64,000 nt of DNA, taken from positions 71-64,070 of the forward strand of contig JACETR010000002.1 in the NCBI GenBank assembly GCA_013911165.1, in the 5' to 3' direction. This stretch comes from Planctomycetota bacterium. GTDB lineage: Bacteria > Planctomycetota > UBA8108 > UBA1146. This document shows positions 10,239 through 19,240 of this stretch, one piece after another. Within the stretch, counting starts at the first letter, position 1, and the number at the start of each line of letters is the position of its first letter. Below the pieces are notes generated by a model. The model was not told where the DNA came from. It saw only the letters and a list, made by a program, of their open reading frames with translations, and ran no database searches. Position numbers and translations under genes: made by a program.

Positions 10239-11506
10239 ACTTTCTTGAAAAGGCACAAAGCCTGGAGGCCGCTGAACCAGTTTCCAGCCGCCGGCACCTG
10301 TTTCACATCCCGACCGGAAGTGATGGGGAAGAGATCGTCTACTTCTGTGGCAACTCACTGGGCTTGATGCCAAAAGCAGTAGAAGGAGATCTACAGGCCG
10401 AATTGGAAGACTGGCGTGATTTGGCTGTGGATGGGCATCACCATGCGCGTCGCCCATGGTATCCATACCACGAGTCATTCCGGGAAACAGGAGCCCGACT
10501 GGTTGGGGCGAAGCCGGGTGAAGTGGTGTTTATGAACACCCTGACTGCCAATCTTCATTTTCTGATGGCGTCCTTCTACAGGCCGGAAGGAAAGCGAACC
10601 CGCATTCTTTCAGATGCTCCGACTTTTCCGTCAGACATCTACGCTCTGCAGTCGCAGATTCGGTGGCATGGTGGAGATATTGAACGGGACATGCTGGTCT
10701 TGCATCCCCGAGATGGTGAAAGTTGCCTCGATGACTCCGAAATTATACGGGGGATTGAGGAAAATGCGGATGAGTTGGGTCTGGTGATGTTGGCAGGAGT
10801 CAATTTCTTTACCGGACAGGCATACGATTTGGCGGCCATCGCAAAAGTGTGTCAGAAACATCGCATTCCATTTGGTGTAGACCTCGCTCATGCCGCAGGA
10901 AATTTGCACCTGCAGTTGCATGACGACGGAGTCGATTTCGCGGCATGGTGTAGTTACAAATATGTCAACTGCGGCCCCGGTGCGATTGGGGGGGCTTTCG
11001 TGCACGAAAAGCATGCCCAAGATACGGATCTGGTTCGCCTTGCGGGTTGGTGGGGCAATGATCCTGCGACGCGTTTTCAAATGGATGAGAAAACCGATTT
11101 TGTCCCTCATCCGGGGGCAGAAGGATGGCAGGTTTCCAACCCGCCCATCTTTTCGATGACACCCTTGCATGCTTCTCTGGCTATTTTTGATGAAGTCGGC
11201 ATGGAGGCGTTGCGGGATCGTTCGACCAGAATGACCGCTTTCCTTGAGGAGTGCATTGGTGACCTGGGTGGAGAGCACTATTCGATCATTACCCCTTCTG
11301 ATCCACGATCTCGGGGGGCACAGATCTCGATTCGGGTTCACAGGGATGCTCCCGGGTTGCGGGAGTCACTTCAAAAGGCTGGGATCGTGACAGATTTCAG
11401 ACCTCCGGATGTGATCCGTATCGCACCCACTCCGCTCTACAACACCTACGAAGAGATTGCCCGATTCGCACAAATTCTGGGCGAACGGGTGGGGGCGGGT
11501 GTCTGA
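10235..11506 (+). CDS. kynU: Kynureninase (PLP-dependent)
   Basis: ATGA overlap with the upstream stop. FHIPTGSDGEEIVYFCGNSLGLMPK and the aminotransferase class V-like body. 423 aa. Confidence 0.85.
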   Translation: MNFLEKAQSLEAAEPVSSRRHLFHIPTGSDGEEIVYFCGNSLGLMPKAVEGDLQAELEDWRDLAVDGHHHARRPWYPYHESFRETGARLVGAKPGEVVFMNTLTANLHFLMASFYRPEGKRTRILSDAPTFPSDIYALQSQIRWHGGDIERDMLVLHPRDGESCLDDSEIIRGIEENADELGLVMLAGVNFFTGQAYDLAAIAKVCQKHRIPFGVDLAHAAGNLHLQLHDDGVDFAAWCSYKYVNCGPGAIGGAFVHEKHAQDTDLVRLAGWWGNDPATRFQMDEKTDFVPHPGAEGWQVSNPPIFSMTPLHASLAIFDEVGMEALRDRSTRMTAFLEECIGDLGGEHYSIITPSDPRSRGAQISIRVHRDAPGLRESLQKAGIVTDFRPPDVIRIAPTPLYNTYEEIARFAQILGERVGAGV

Positions 11507-11507
11507 A

Positions 11508-12830
11508 ATGTCCCAGAAATCAATCGTCATCGCAGGGGGTGGACTCACTGGAGCGTTGGCAGCGTTGATGTTGGCTCGTGATGGTCACCGGGTATCTCTT
11601 TACGAAAGACGCGGAGATATTCGCAATGCGGAAATTGTCCATGGTCGAAGTATCAATCTGGCGATCTCTACACGTGGCCTGACAGCTCTCGACAGAGTGG
11701 GATTAAAAGAAAAAGTTCTGGAGATGGCAGTACCGATGCGTGGCAGGCTCATGCACGGCAAGGACCGCTCGACTACTTTTCAGGCTTATTCCTCGGACCC
11801 GAATGAAAATATTTACAGCATCTCCAGAGGAGGGCTGAACCGTTTTCTGATCGAACAGGCCGCCGCAGAAGAAAATGTAGACCTTCATTTTCTTCATCGC
11901 TGTGAAGAAGTGGATGCGCGCGCAGGAGTCGCAACCTTCAAGAATGATGAGAATGGTGAAACGGTCGAGGTCAGTGGGGATCTGCTGATCGGAGCAGATG
12001 GCGCCTACTCTGCGGTCCGGAAAAACCTGATGGTTGGTGACCAGTTTGATTTTTCACAGGAATATCTGACGCATGGATACATGGAACTCTACCTTCCTGC
12101 AGCAAAAGGAGGAGAGTTCCCTATAGAGAAAAATGCACTGCACATTTGGCCCAGGGGTCACTTTATGATGATTGCCCTGCCGAATGATGACGGTTCCTTC
12201 ACGGGAACCCTCTTCTGGCCAAACAAGGGTGATGGTGCATTCTCCCATCTCAAGGATGCGGACCAGGTAAACAGATATTTTGCCGAGTGGTTTCCAGATG
12301 TTCCCGATTTGATCCCGGACCTGGAGAAGCAGTATCTGGATGCCAATCCCTCTTCACTGGTGACGATTCGTTGTCGACCATGGGTCGTTGGGAAAACGGT
12401 CCTGGTCGGGGATTCTGCCCATGCAATTGTTCCCTTCTATGGGCAGGGAATGAACGCAGGCTTTGAGGATGTGAGAATCCTCTGCGAAGAGATGGAATCT
12501 CACCCTGATGACCTTGAGGAAGCACTTCAGTCTTATCAGGAATTACGCGTCGAAAATGGCAATGCCATCGCAGATCTGGCTCTGGCCAATTTCCACGAAA
12601 TGCAGGACCATGTCGCTCGGCCGACTTTCCTGCTCTACAAGAAGTTCTCCAACCTGCTTCAGAAGCTGTTCCCCGGGTGGTACCGTTCCCTCTACTCGAT
12701 GGTCAGCTTTTCGAACACGCCCTATTCAGAGGCGATTAGAATCGCCCGATCACAGGATCAAGCGATCCGAGTCGTCTTTCCGCTGCTGTTAATGATCATC
12801 GCTGTTGCGATAGTCTGGAGTTTGAAGTGA
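11508..12830 (+). CDS. kmo: Kynurenine 3-monooxygenase (FAD-dependent)
   Basis: Start MSQKSIVIAGGGLTGALAALMLARDGHRVSLYERRGD (Rossmann GxGxxG FAD fold) 2 nt after the kynU stop. C-terminal hydrophobic tail typical of KMO. The ORF-track start at 11457 is probably an upstream in-frame extension. Confidence 0.85.
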   Translation: MSQKSIVIAGGGLTGALAALMLARDGHRVSLYERRGDIRNAEIVHGRSINLAISTRGLTALDRVGLKEKVLEMAVPMRGRLMHGKDRSTTFQAYSSDPNENIYSISRGGLNRFLIEQAAAEENVDLHFLHRCEEVDARAGVATFKNDENGETVEVSGDLLIGADGAYSAVRKNLMVGDQFDFSQEYLTHGYMELYLPAAKGGEFPIEKNALHIWPRGHFMMIALPNDDGSFTGTLFWPNKGDGAFSHLKDADQVNRYFAEWFPDVPDLIPDLEKQYLDANPSSLVTIRCRPWVVGKTVLVGDSAHAIVPFYGQGMNAGFEDVRILCEEMESHPDDLEEALQSYQELRVENGNAIADLALANFHEMQDHVARPTFLLYKKFSNLLQKLFPGWYRSLYSMVSFSNTPYSEAIRIARSQDQAIRVVFPLLLMIIAVAIVWSLK

Positions 12831-13609
12831 CACTGACCTATCACGATTATCTGGGTATTCCGGAAATCCTTGAGCTTCAAACCCCTCGGTCCAATCCACC
12901 TGAGCATGATGAAACCCTCTTTATCATCATCCACCAGACTTACGAGCTGTGGTTCAAGCAGTTTCTTCACGAGATGGACAGGGCTGAGGCTTGCCTGAAC
13001 TCTGATGATCTTTGGGGTTGTGTCGCAACCCTCAAGAGGATGCGCATGATCCTCAAAACTCTGGTTCAACAGGTTGATATCCTGGAGACGATGACTCCGT
13101 TGAGTTTTGTTTCTTTCAGAGATCGTCTCGATACCGCCAGCGGTTTCCAGTCTGTTCAGTTTCGTATCATGGAATTCCGCCTTGGTCACAAGAGGCAGCG
13201 AATTCTTGACATGACCGCTGAAGAAGTGCCCTTGCGAGATCAGCTCGTCGAGGCGATGGAAAAACCGAGCCTGATGGATGTGTTGAACGGATTCCTTTCA
13301 CGGATGGGTTGTGACATACCGGCGGAAGTGCTCGATCGGGATGTTCGCGAGGCTACGGCTCCGAGCGAAGGCGTTCAGAATGAATTGCTGAAGATGTACC
13401 GGGAGCGACCAGACGTCTCTGTCATGCTCGAATTGCTGACCGACATCGACGAAGGCATTCAGGAATGGCGTTATCGTCACGTCAAACTCGCAGAAAGAAC
13501 CATCGGAGCCAAAATCGGTACGGGTGGAAGCGACGGTGTCGAATTCCTCAAGCGTACTCTTTTCACCCCTCTATTCCCCGATCTGTGGGCGATTCGCTCC
13601 GAGATGTAG
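12827..13609 (+). CDS. kynA: Tryptophan 2,3-dioxygenase (heme)
   Basis: GTG start overlapping the KMO stop. LTYHDYLGIPEILELQTP...ETLFIIIHQTYELWFKQFLHE is the conserved TDO N-terminal region. Confidence 0.85.
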   Translation: MTLTYHDYLGIPEILELQTPRSNPPEHDETLFIIIHQTYELWFKQFLHEMDRAEACLNSDDLWGCVATLKRMRMILKTLVQQVDILETMTPLSFVSFRDRLDTASGFQSVQFRIMEFRLGHKRQRILDMTAEEVPLRDQLVEAMEKPSLMDVLNGFLSRMGCDIPAEVLDRDVREATAPSEGVQNELLKMYRERPDVSVMLELLTDIDEGIQEWRYRHVKLAERTIGAKIGTGGSDGVEFLKRTLFTPLFPDLWAIRSEM

Positions 13610-13616
13610 GCGATCT

Positions 13617-14249
13617 TTGAATCTGATCGATATCTCACCTCTTCTGAGCTCAAACACCGCGGTCTTTCCGGGTGACACCCCTTTGCAAAGAGAGGTCCTT
13701 ATGGACCTTCATGAGGGGAACCATCTGACTTTGTCCACATTGAGGTCGACGGTTCATCTGGGAAGTCATTTGGATGCTCCCAGTCATTATGATCCGGACG
13801 GAATGACCATCGAGCAGGCGGACTTGTCACTTTGCATCGGGGAATGCCAGGTAATTGAAACGAGTTGCGAACCCGGTACTGAGATCGGTGTCGACGACCT
13901 TCAATCAAAGCCTGAATCTTCGAGGATTCTTCTTAAAACTGGCAGTCACCCCGACCCGGATCACTGGGCAGGCGATTTTTGTGGGGTATCCCCGGCTCTG
14001 ATCGACGAGCTTTCTGCCAAGGGCGTGCGATTGCTGGGCGTGGATACGCCGAGTGTCGATTTGGCCGATTCCAAGGATCTTCAATCCCATGCAGCCTGTC
14101 GACGCGGGTCGATCTGGATTCTCGAGGGGTTGGTTTTGACGGAAGCTGCCCCCGGGTTTTATGAACTGATCGCATTGCCTCTTCGTCTCAGCGGATTTGA
14201 TGCCTCCCCGGTTCGAGCGGTGCTGCGCCCTCTTGGAGATTCCGACTGA
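13617..14249 (+). CDS. kynB: Kynurenine formamidase (cyclase family, KynB)
   Basis: LIDISPLLSSNTAVFPGDTPLQRE and HLGSHLDAPSHY motifs of the bacterial cyclase-type arylformamidase. Start assigned to the in-frame TTG at 13617. The ORF track extends to an ATG at 13524 inside kynA, which is less likely. Confidence 0.75.
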   Translation: MNLIDISPLLSSNTAVFPGDTPLQREVLMDLHEGNHLTLSTLRSTVHLGSHLDAPSHYDPDGMTIEQADLSLCIGECQVIETSCEPGTEIGVDDLQSKPESSRILLKTGSHPDPDHWAGDFCGVSPALIDELSAKGVRLLGVDTPSVDLADSKDLQSHAACRRGSIWILEGLVLTEAAPGFYELIALPLRLSGFDASPVRAVLRPLGDSD

Positions 14250-14567
14250 ATGGATCCGGACCATCCCGAAATCAGTGAGTTTCGCAAACCGGCCCTATTG
14301 GTGTTCCTGGTCTGGGTGACTCGTCAGCACACCGATGCTCTTGTGACTCTTTGTGGTCTCAAATTGGTTGGGTCGAAGTTGAAGATCGGCAATTTGATTG
14401 AGGCATTTCAGTGCTCTGGCGAGGAGTGGAAAAGCGCTCACCAGAATGCCGACACTCTCAAGGCGGGATCCGCTGAAGAGACTGATATGATTCGTGCGGG
14501 GTTTCTGGAGTTGACCGGATTTGAGAATGAGACGGTCGAAGAAATCCGCAAACAACTGCAGATTTAA
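14250..14567 (+). CDS. Hypothetical small protein
   Basis: 105-aa ORF whose ATG abuts the kynB stop (possible operon tail). No recognisable motif. Confidence 0.3.
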   Translation: MDPDHPEISEFRKPALLVFLVWVTRQHTDALVTLCGLKLVGSKLKIGNLIEAFQCSGEEWKSAHQNADTLKAGSAEETDMIRAGFLELTGFENETVEEIRKQLQI

Positions 14568-14591
14568 GGCAGGGGATCTACGACAGGGGAT

Positions 14592-16367
14592 CTACGGCAG
14601 GCGCAATCGCGTCGCTTCCTTTGGCTCAATAAAGATGACCGCAGAAGTGGGACCACTGTCCAGATCTGCCTGTATTTCATACTGACCCGGAGAAAGGGTG
14701 ACTCTGCTCGACCCTCTGGGGCCTGTGGTTCGCAGGGCCCATGCCTCCGGAATCTCCGGAGCTGAGAGGGGCAGGATCTTGAAGGGATGATTGGCCAGTA
14801 CTTCTCCCTCGAGACCCACCAGAGTTACTGTTACTTCACCCGCAGGTTGAAGAGTGGCTTTGATCGGCAGGGGAAAATCTGAGGGCCCGGTAGAGAAAAA
14901 GTAGGGGGTCCATCCACGCTGGTAAACAACACCAACTCCACCTCCACGTGGCCAAAGGAATGTCTCCGGTTGCTGCGTTCTTTTCAATGGAGACATCTCC
15001 CCATTCTCTGCCAGCAAATAGACCGGAACATTGGTCAGGGTCGGCTCACTGTATTCGTCACGGGCTGCAAACACGGTAATCATCAATTCTGTGGCTCCAT
15101 CAAATTGGAACTCTTCGTACTGATCACCCGTAACCTCGAAGCTGCGATTCTGTGCAAAAACACGATCAGGAAGTTGCAAGAAGACCCATTTGTAGGTTCC
15201 GTACGGCACGTTATCGATGACGAATCGTCCCTCATCATCCGTGACGAAAGAAAAGGGTCGCGGCCCAAACAGGCTTCCCTGAAGACCAATCACTGATTCT
15301 CCGACGGGTCCCATAACCCGACCTTCAATACGGCCGGTGTTCAATGAAAGAACCACTTCACTGTCAGAGAACAATTCTTGCTCAAGGGTGGTTCCCTCAC
15401 CGTTACCGGTGGGGGATGTCCAGATGAAACGCCATAACCCCGGGCTGGGAAGCCTGGCTTCAAACTGGCCGAACTCGGAAACAGGAATCGTCGCTGAAGC
15501 CTGAGTTTCACGGCACCAGGTCTGAACCGTTCCGCCCGTCACTGGCTGACCATTGCGCAGGACGCTTCCGGATACCTGAATCGAGGGCCCGAGTCGGAAT
15601 ACCAGATCCCGCTCTTCTCCCTCACCGATCTCAATCTCCCTGCGAGCCAGAACTTTGGATCCGGAGCGGATGCTGACCATATGACGTCCCGCGATCAGGC
15701 CACCCAGACGCTGGGTGGGACCTTCAAGAATGACTGGAGGGACTGGAACAGGTGCACCCATTTCAACAGGAGTCCGAGGCTCGACAACCCGACTCTCAAC
15801 GAGAATGTCATCGGCAAAGTCGAGTTCAGGGGATTCGACGCTGACCCACAACACACTTTCGGGTGCGATGGCGAGGAGCAATTCCCCTGCGGGAGTATTT
15901 GAAGTGGCAGCTCCCTGGTTGAGATCCGCTTCCTCCCACTTCCAGCGGGAAGGAGCAAATCCTTCGGCCCGAACGGTAACAGCGGCCTGCATCACCTCCG
16001 GTACCTCGACAGAAAAATATCCACCCGATCGAGTACGGGAATGACCAAGGGGAATCGACCCTTTGAAGTTTCTGAAGGCAACAGTGGCTTCTGCAACAGG
16101 AAGACCCGTGGTGATATCGATGACCTGGCCTGCAAAGCGGGTTCTCGGCCCTGTTGGTATCTGGGGGCTGTTTCCCTGTGGGTCATCAATGGATCCCAAT
16201 TCCGGATCGGACCCTTCCTCCGAGACTGGAGGATTTTTCGGGTTTCCAAAATGCGGGTTCGTGGAGATGGGAGAGTTGTCACCCAAAAAGAATCGACCGA
16301 CGACGAGGGCAAGGCCGCCGACAAGGATCAGAACGATGGCGAGGACACGTTTGTCGATGGTGATCAA
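14592..16367 (-). CDS. Membrane-anchored protein with repeated beta-sandwich (carboxypeptidase-regulatory-like) domains
   Basis: N-terminal transmembrane anchor MITIDKRVLAIVLILVGGLALVVG, then a long Pro/Gly/Val-rich extracytoplasmic region with repeated about 80-aa segments. Domain assignment is tentative. Confidence 0.5.
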   Translation of the reverse strand: MITIDKRVLAIVLILVGGLALVVGRFFLGDNSPISTNPHFGNPKNPPVSEEGSDPELGSIDDPQGNSPQIPTGPRTRFAGQVIDITTGLPVAEATVAFRNFKGSIPLGHSRTRSGGYFSVEVPEVMQAAVTVRAEGFAPSRWKWEEADLNQGAATSNTPAGELLLAIAPESVLWVSVESPELDFADDILVESRVVEPRTPVEMGAPVPVPPVILEGPTQRLGGLIAGRHMVSIRSGSKVLARREIEIGEGEERDLVFRLGPSIQVSGSVLRNGQPVTGGTVQTWCRETQASATIPVSEFGQFEARLPSPGLWRFIWTSPTGNGEGTTLEQELFSDSEVVLSLNTGRIEGRVMGPVGESVIGLQGSLFGPRPFSFVTDDEGRFVIDNVPYGTYKWVFLQLPDRVFAQNRSFEVTGDQYEEFQFDGATELMITVFAARDEYSEPTLTNVPVYLLAENGEMSPLKRTQQPETFLWPRGGGVGVVYQRGWTPYFFSTGPSDFPLPIKATLQPAGEVTVTLVGLEGEVLANHPFKILPLSAPEIPEAWALRTTGPRGSSRVTLSPGQYEIQADLDSGPTSAVIFIEPKEATRLRLP

Positions 16368-16379
16368 AAAACCGTCTCC

Positions 16380-16808
16380 CTACCCTCTGGGTGCGTGAAC
16401 GATCACTTTCAATTCTACGGCGATGGGAGTGGGAAGAGCCCCTACTTCCACGGTCGTCCGACAAGGTCGTATTTCACCGAAGTATTCCTCATAGACTTTG
16501 TTGAAGGCTGCAAAGTCCTTCTTCATGTCCGTCAGGTAAACGGCGACGTCGACCACTTCATCCCAGCGAGCCCCTGAATCTTCGACCACTTTCTGGACGT
16601 TTTCAAAACAGGAGCGGCACTGGGTTTCGATACAGTAGTCTACGATGTTTCCCTCAGGAGAGAGGGTGACCCCCGGAATCTCCTTCGTACCGCGTGATCT
16701 GGGCCCTACACCGCTCAAAAAGATAAAATCTCCGGCCCTCCGGGCATGGGGGTAGGGGCCGACCGGCTCGGGAGCTCTTTCGCTGTCTGTGACGGAATTA
16801 TTCATGGG
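16380..16808 (-). CDS. RidA/YjgF-family protein, candidate 2-aminomuconate deaminase
   Basis: PVGPYPHARRAGDFIFLSGVGP...VVDVAVYLTDMKKDFAAFNKVYEEYF...RTTVEVGALP is the RidA fold signature. Start placed at MNNSVTD (16808). The longer ORF to 16946 would overlap the upstream dehydrogenase. Confidence 0.7.
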   Translation of the reverse strand, partial: PMNNSVTDSERAPEPVGPYPHARRAGDFIFLSGVGPRSRGTKEIPGVTLSPEGNIVDYCIETQCRSCFENVQKVVEDSGARWDEVVDVAVYLTDMKKDFAAFNKVYEEYFGEIRPCRTTVEVGALPTPIAVELKVIVHAPRG

Positions 16809-16839
16809 GTAACCTTTCCGGAAGTCCAGTCGCAAGAAT

Positions 16840-18318
16840 TTAACGGGAAGAGTCGAAGCGCAGGCAGATGTTGGTGGGTTCCTGGAAAAAGCGCAGCGAT
16901 TCGCTGCCCCCTTCCCGTCCCAGACCACTGTCTTTGACTCCGCCAAAGACAGTGCGAAGGTCCCGCTTCATCCAGGTGTTCACCCAGACGGTTCCCGCTT
17001 CAATTTTTTCAGACATTCTCAGGGCACGATCCACATTCGAAGTCCACAGGCTTGCAGAGAGGCCATAGCGAATATCGTTGGCCAGGTGAATCGCTTCTTC
17101 CTCGCTGGCAAATGGGGTCAGCGTTGCGACGGGGCCAAAAATCTCCTGTTGGTTCGTTTCGGCACTGTGAGGCAAGCCCCGGATCAGTGCAGGCGTCAGG
17201 AAGTACCCAGAGGAGCACCGTCCCTCGGGTGATCGACGTTCTCCACCGATGAGAATTTCACCGCCCTCATCCCGAGCTGTTTGCAGACAAGCTTCCACTT
17301 TTTTCAGATGTGATTCCGAAACCAGGGAACCCATCATCGTCGATTCCTCAAGCGGATCACCCAGCACCATTTCGTTGATTCTCTTCTGCAATCGGGAGGT
17401 TACTTCGTCCATCTTCGATTCATGCACGAGGATTCTGGATCCACACAAGCAGATCTGTCCCTGATTGGAATAGGCAGCCCGGAACGCACCCTCGACCGCA
17501 GCATCCAACTCTGCATCATCCATGATGATGGTTGGATTCTTCCCTCCCAGCTCAAGAAGGGTCTTCTTGAATTTCGGGGCGGCTTGAAGGGCAATCGCTG
17601 CACCGGTGGCTGTTCCTCCGGTGAAGGAAATGGCAGGGATGTCCGGGTGTTCAACGATGGCAGATCCGGTCTCAGGGCCAGTTCCATGGACAATATTCAG
17701 GACTCCCGGAGGGAAGCCAACATCGATCGCCACACGGGCAAGAAGATCAGCGGTGACGGGAGTCACTTCGGATGGTTTGCCGACCACTGTGCAGCCTGCC
17801 GCCAAAGCGGGAGCAATTTTCCATGTGAAGAGATAGAGAGGGAGATTCCAGGGAGAGATACACCCCGCAACCCCCACCGGCCGACTGACGGTCACATTCA
17901 GCAGGTCGTCTCCAGGAAGACGGGTGCGAAAGGCGTCTTCATGCTGAAAGCGGGCAGCACCGGCAAAAAACCGGAGATTCGCAGCCGCTCGGGGAATGTC
18001 GAGGGACTTTGAAACGGCGATCGGTTTACCGTTGTCGATGCTTTCCGCTCGCGCAAAAGCATCCAGATTCTCTTCGATGCCACGGGCCAGATTTTCCAGA
18101 TGGAATCCCCGTACCTCTGGTGACAATTCACCCCAAGAGGCCTTCGCTTCCTTGGCGGCTTCGACCGCCTGGGAAACATCGTCGGCATTGCTGGCGGGAA
18201 GAGTTCCCAAAAGCTTGCCGGTGGCGGGCTCGGGATTGTTGAGGGTTTTGCCTGAGATGGCGGGAATTCTCTCACCGCCGATGAAATTCAGGACTTCAGA
18301 GAGGTGGTCGAGTTTCAT
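16840..18318 (-). CDS. NAD-dependent aldehyde dehydrogenase, candidate 2-aminomuconate-6-semialdehyde dehydrogenase
   Basis: 492-aa ALDH-superfamily protein, the length typical of 2-hydroxy/2-aminomuconic semialdehyde dehydrogenases. Sits directly upstream of the RidA-family gene and convergent with the kynurenine operon. Confidence 0.7.
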   Translation of the reverse strand: MKLDHLSEVLNFIGGERIPAISGKTLNNPEPATGKLLGTLPASNADDVSQAVEAAKEAKASWGELSPEVRGFHLENLARGIEENLDAFARAESIDNGKPIAVSKSLDIPRAAANLRFFAGAARFQHEDAFRTRLPGDDLLNVTVSRPVGVAGCISPWNLPLYLFTWKIAPALAAGCTVVGKPSEVTPVTADLLARVAIDVGFPPGVLNIVHGTGPETGSAIVEHPDIPAISFTGGTATGAAIALQAAPKFKKTLLELGGKNPTIIMDDAELDAAVEGAFRAAYSNQGQICLCGSRILVHESKMDEVTSRLQKRINEMVLGDPLEESTMMGSLVSESHLKKVEACLQTARDEGGEILIGGERRSPEGRCSSGYFLTPALIRGLPHSAETNQQEIFGPVATLTPFASEEEAIHLANDIRYGLSASLWTSNVDRALRMSEKIEAGTVWVNTWMKRDLRTVFGGVKDSGLGREGGSESLRFFQEPTNICLRFDSSR

Positions 18319-18346
18319 CGGTCAGCCCTTCGGAATCGGTTCATCC

Positions 18347-19126
18347 TCAGATGACGTTCAGTCTGCCACCATCCACCGGAAGGCAGACTCCACTGATGTA
18401 ACTGGCGGCAGGAGAGCACAAAAACGCCACAGCAGCACCCACCTCAGAGGCTTCGGCCAGTCTTCCCAGAGGAATGGTGGCGAGCCAACCGGATTTTACA
18501 TCGTCGGTGGAAATGTTACCTGTACTGGCTCTCTTTTCCATCAACTGGCTGAGCCTGGCGGTATCAGTGAAACCGGGAAGTACGCTGTTGATGGTGATGC
18601 CGTGGGGGCCCAATTCTTTGGAGAGTGTTTTTGCCCATGAAGCCACTGCACCGCGAGTGGTATTGGAGACACCCAGGCCCTGGATCGGTTCTCTCACCGA
18701 TGTGGAAATGATGTTGACGATCCGTCCGTATGCACTCGATTTCATACCGGGGACCAGTTCCTGAACAAGAACATGGTTACATACCAAATGACGGGTCATG
18801 GCGGACGAAAACTCTGTTGAATCCGCGTCAAAAAGCGGTCCACCCGGAGGCCCGCCGGAATTATTGATGAGGATCTCAAAGGTATTGCCTGCAGAGAGAG
18901 TTTCTTTCACCTTTTGTTTGAGCTGTTCAGGATCATCGAAGTCGGCAACAAGAATGTCATGACCTGTTCCTGGTAAATGAGTTACTGCTGTCGTCAGATC
19001 AGCTTCATTGCGAGCGCAGAGTGTCACTCTTGCTCCGAGGCTGGCCAGTTCGACGGCACTCGCAAGACCGATCCCCTGACTGCTTCCGCAGACCAATGCA
19101 GATTTGCCATTCAGTGAAGTCTCCAT
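18347..19126 (-). CDS. Short-chain dehydrogenase/reductase (SDR)
   Basis: N-terminal GKSALVCGSSQGIGLASAVELASLGARV (TGxxxGxG Rossmann). 259 aa. 28 nt upstream of the ALDH gene on the same strand. Confidence 0.8.
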   Translation of the reverse strand: METSLNGKSALVCGSSQGIGLASAVELASLGARVTLCARNEADLTTAVTHLPGTGHDILVADFDDPEQLKQKVKETLSAGNTFEILINNSGGPPGGPLFDADSTEFSSAMTRHLVCNHVLVQELVPGMKSSAYGRIVNIISTSVREPIQGLGVSNTTRGAVASWAKTLSKELGPHGITINSVLPGFTDTARLSQLMEKRASTGNISTDDVKSGWLATIPLGRLAEASEVGAAVAFLCSPAASYISGVCLPVDGGRLNVI

Positions 19127-19240
19127 CGTTTTCCCTTTCGTCCAGTGAATCGATCTTAAACCACTGCCGGGGAAAATGGAGAAATCACTTCGGGTTGCTG
19201 GAAAGAATGGAAGGAGACGACGTCACGGGCAGGAAGGAAA

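Noticed and set aside
14568-14600. Short direct repeat aggggatctacg(a/g)caggggatctacggcagg between convergent genes
   Set aside because: Only two copies of 14 nt and no flanking structure. Too small to call a repeat element or CRISPR.
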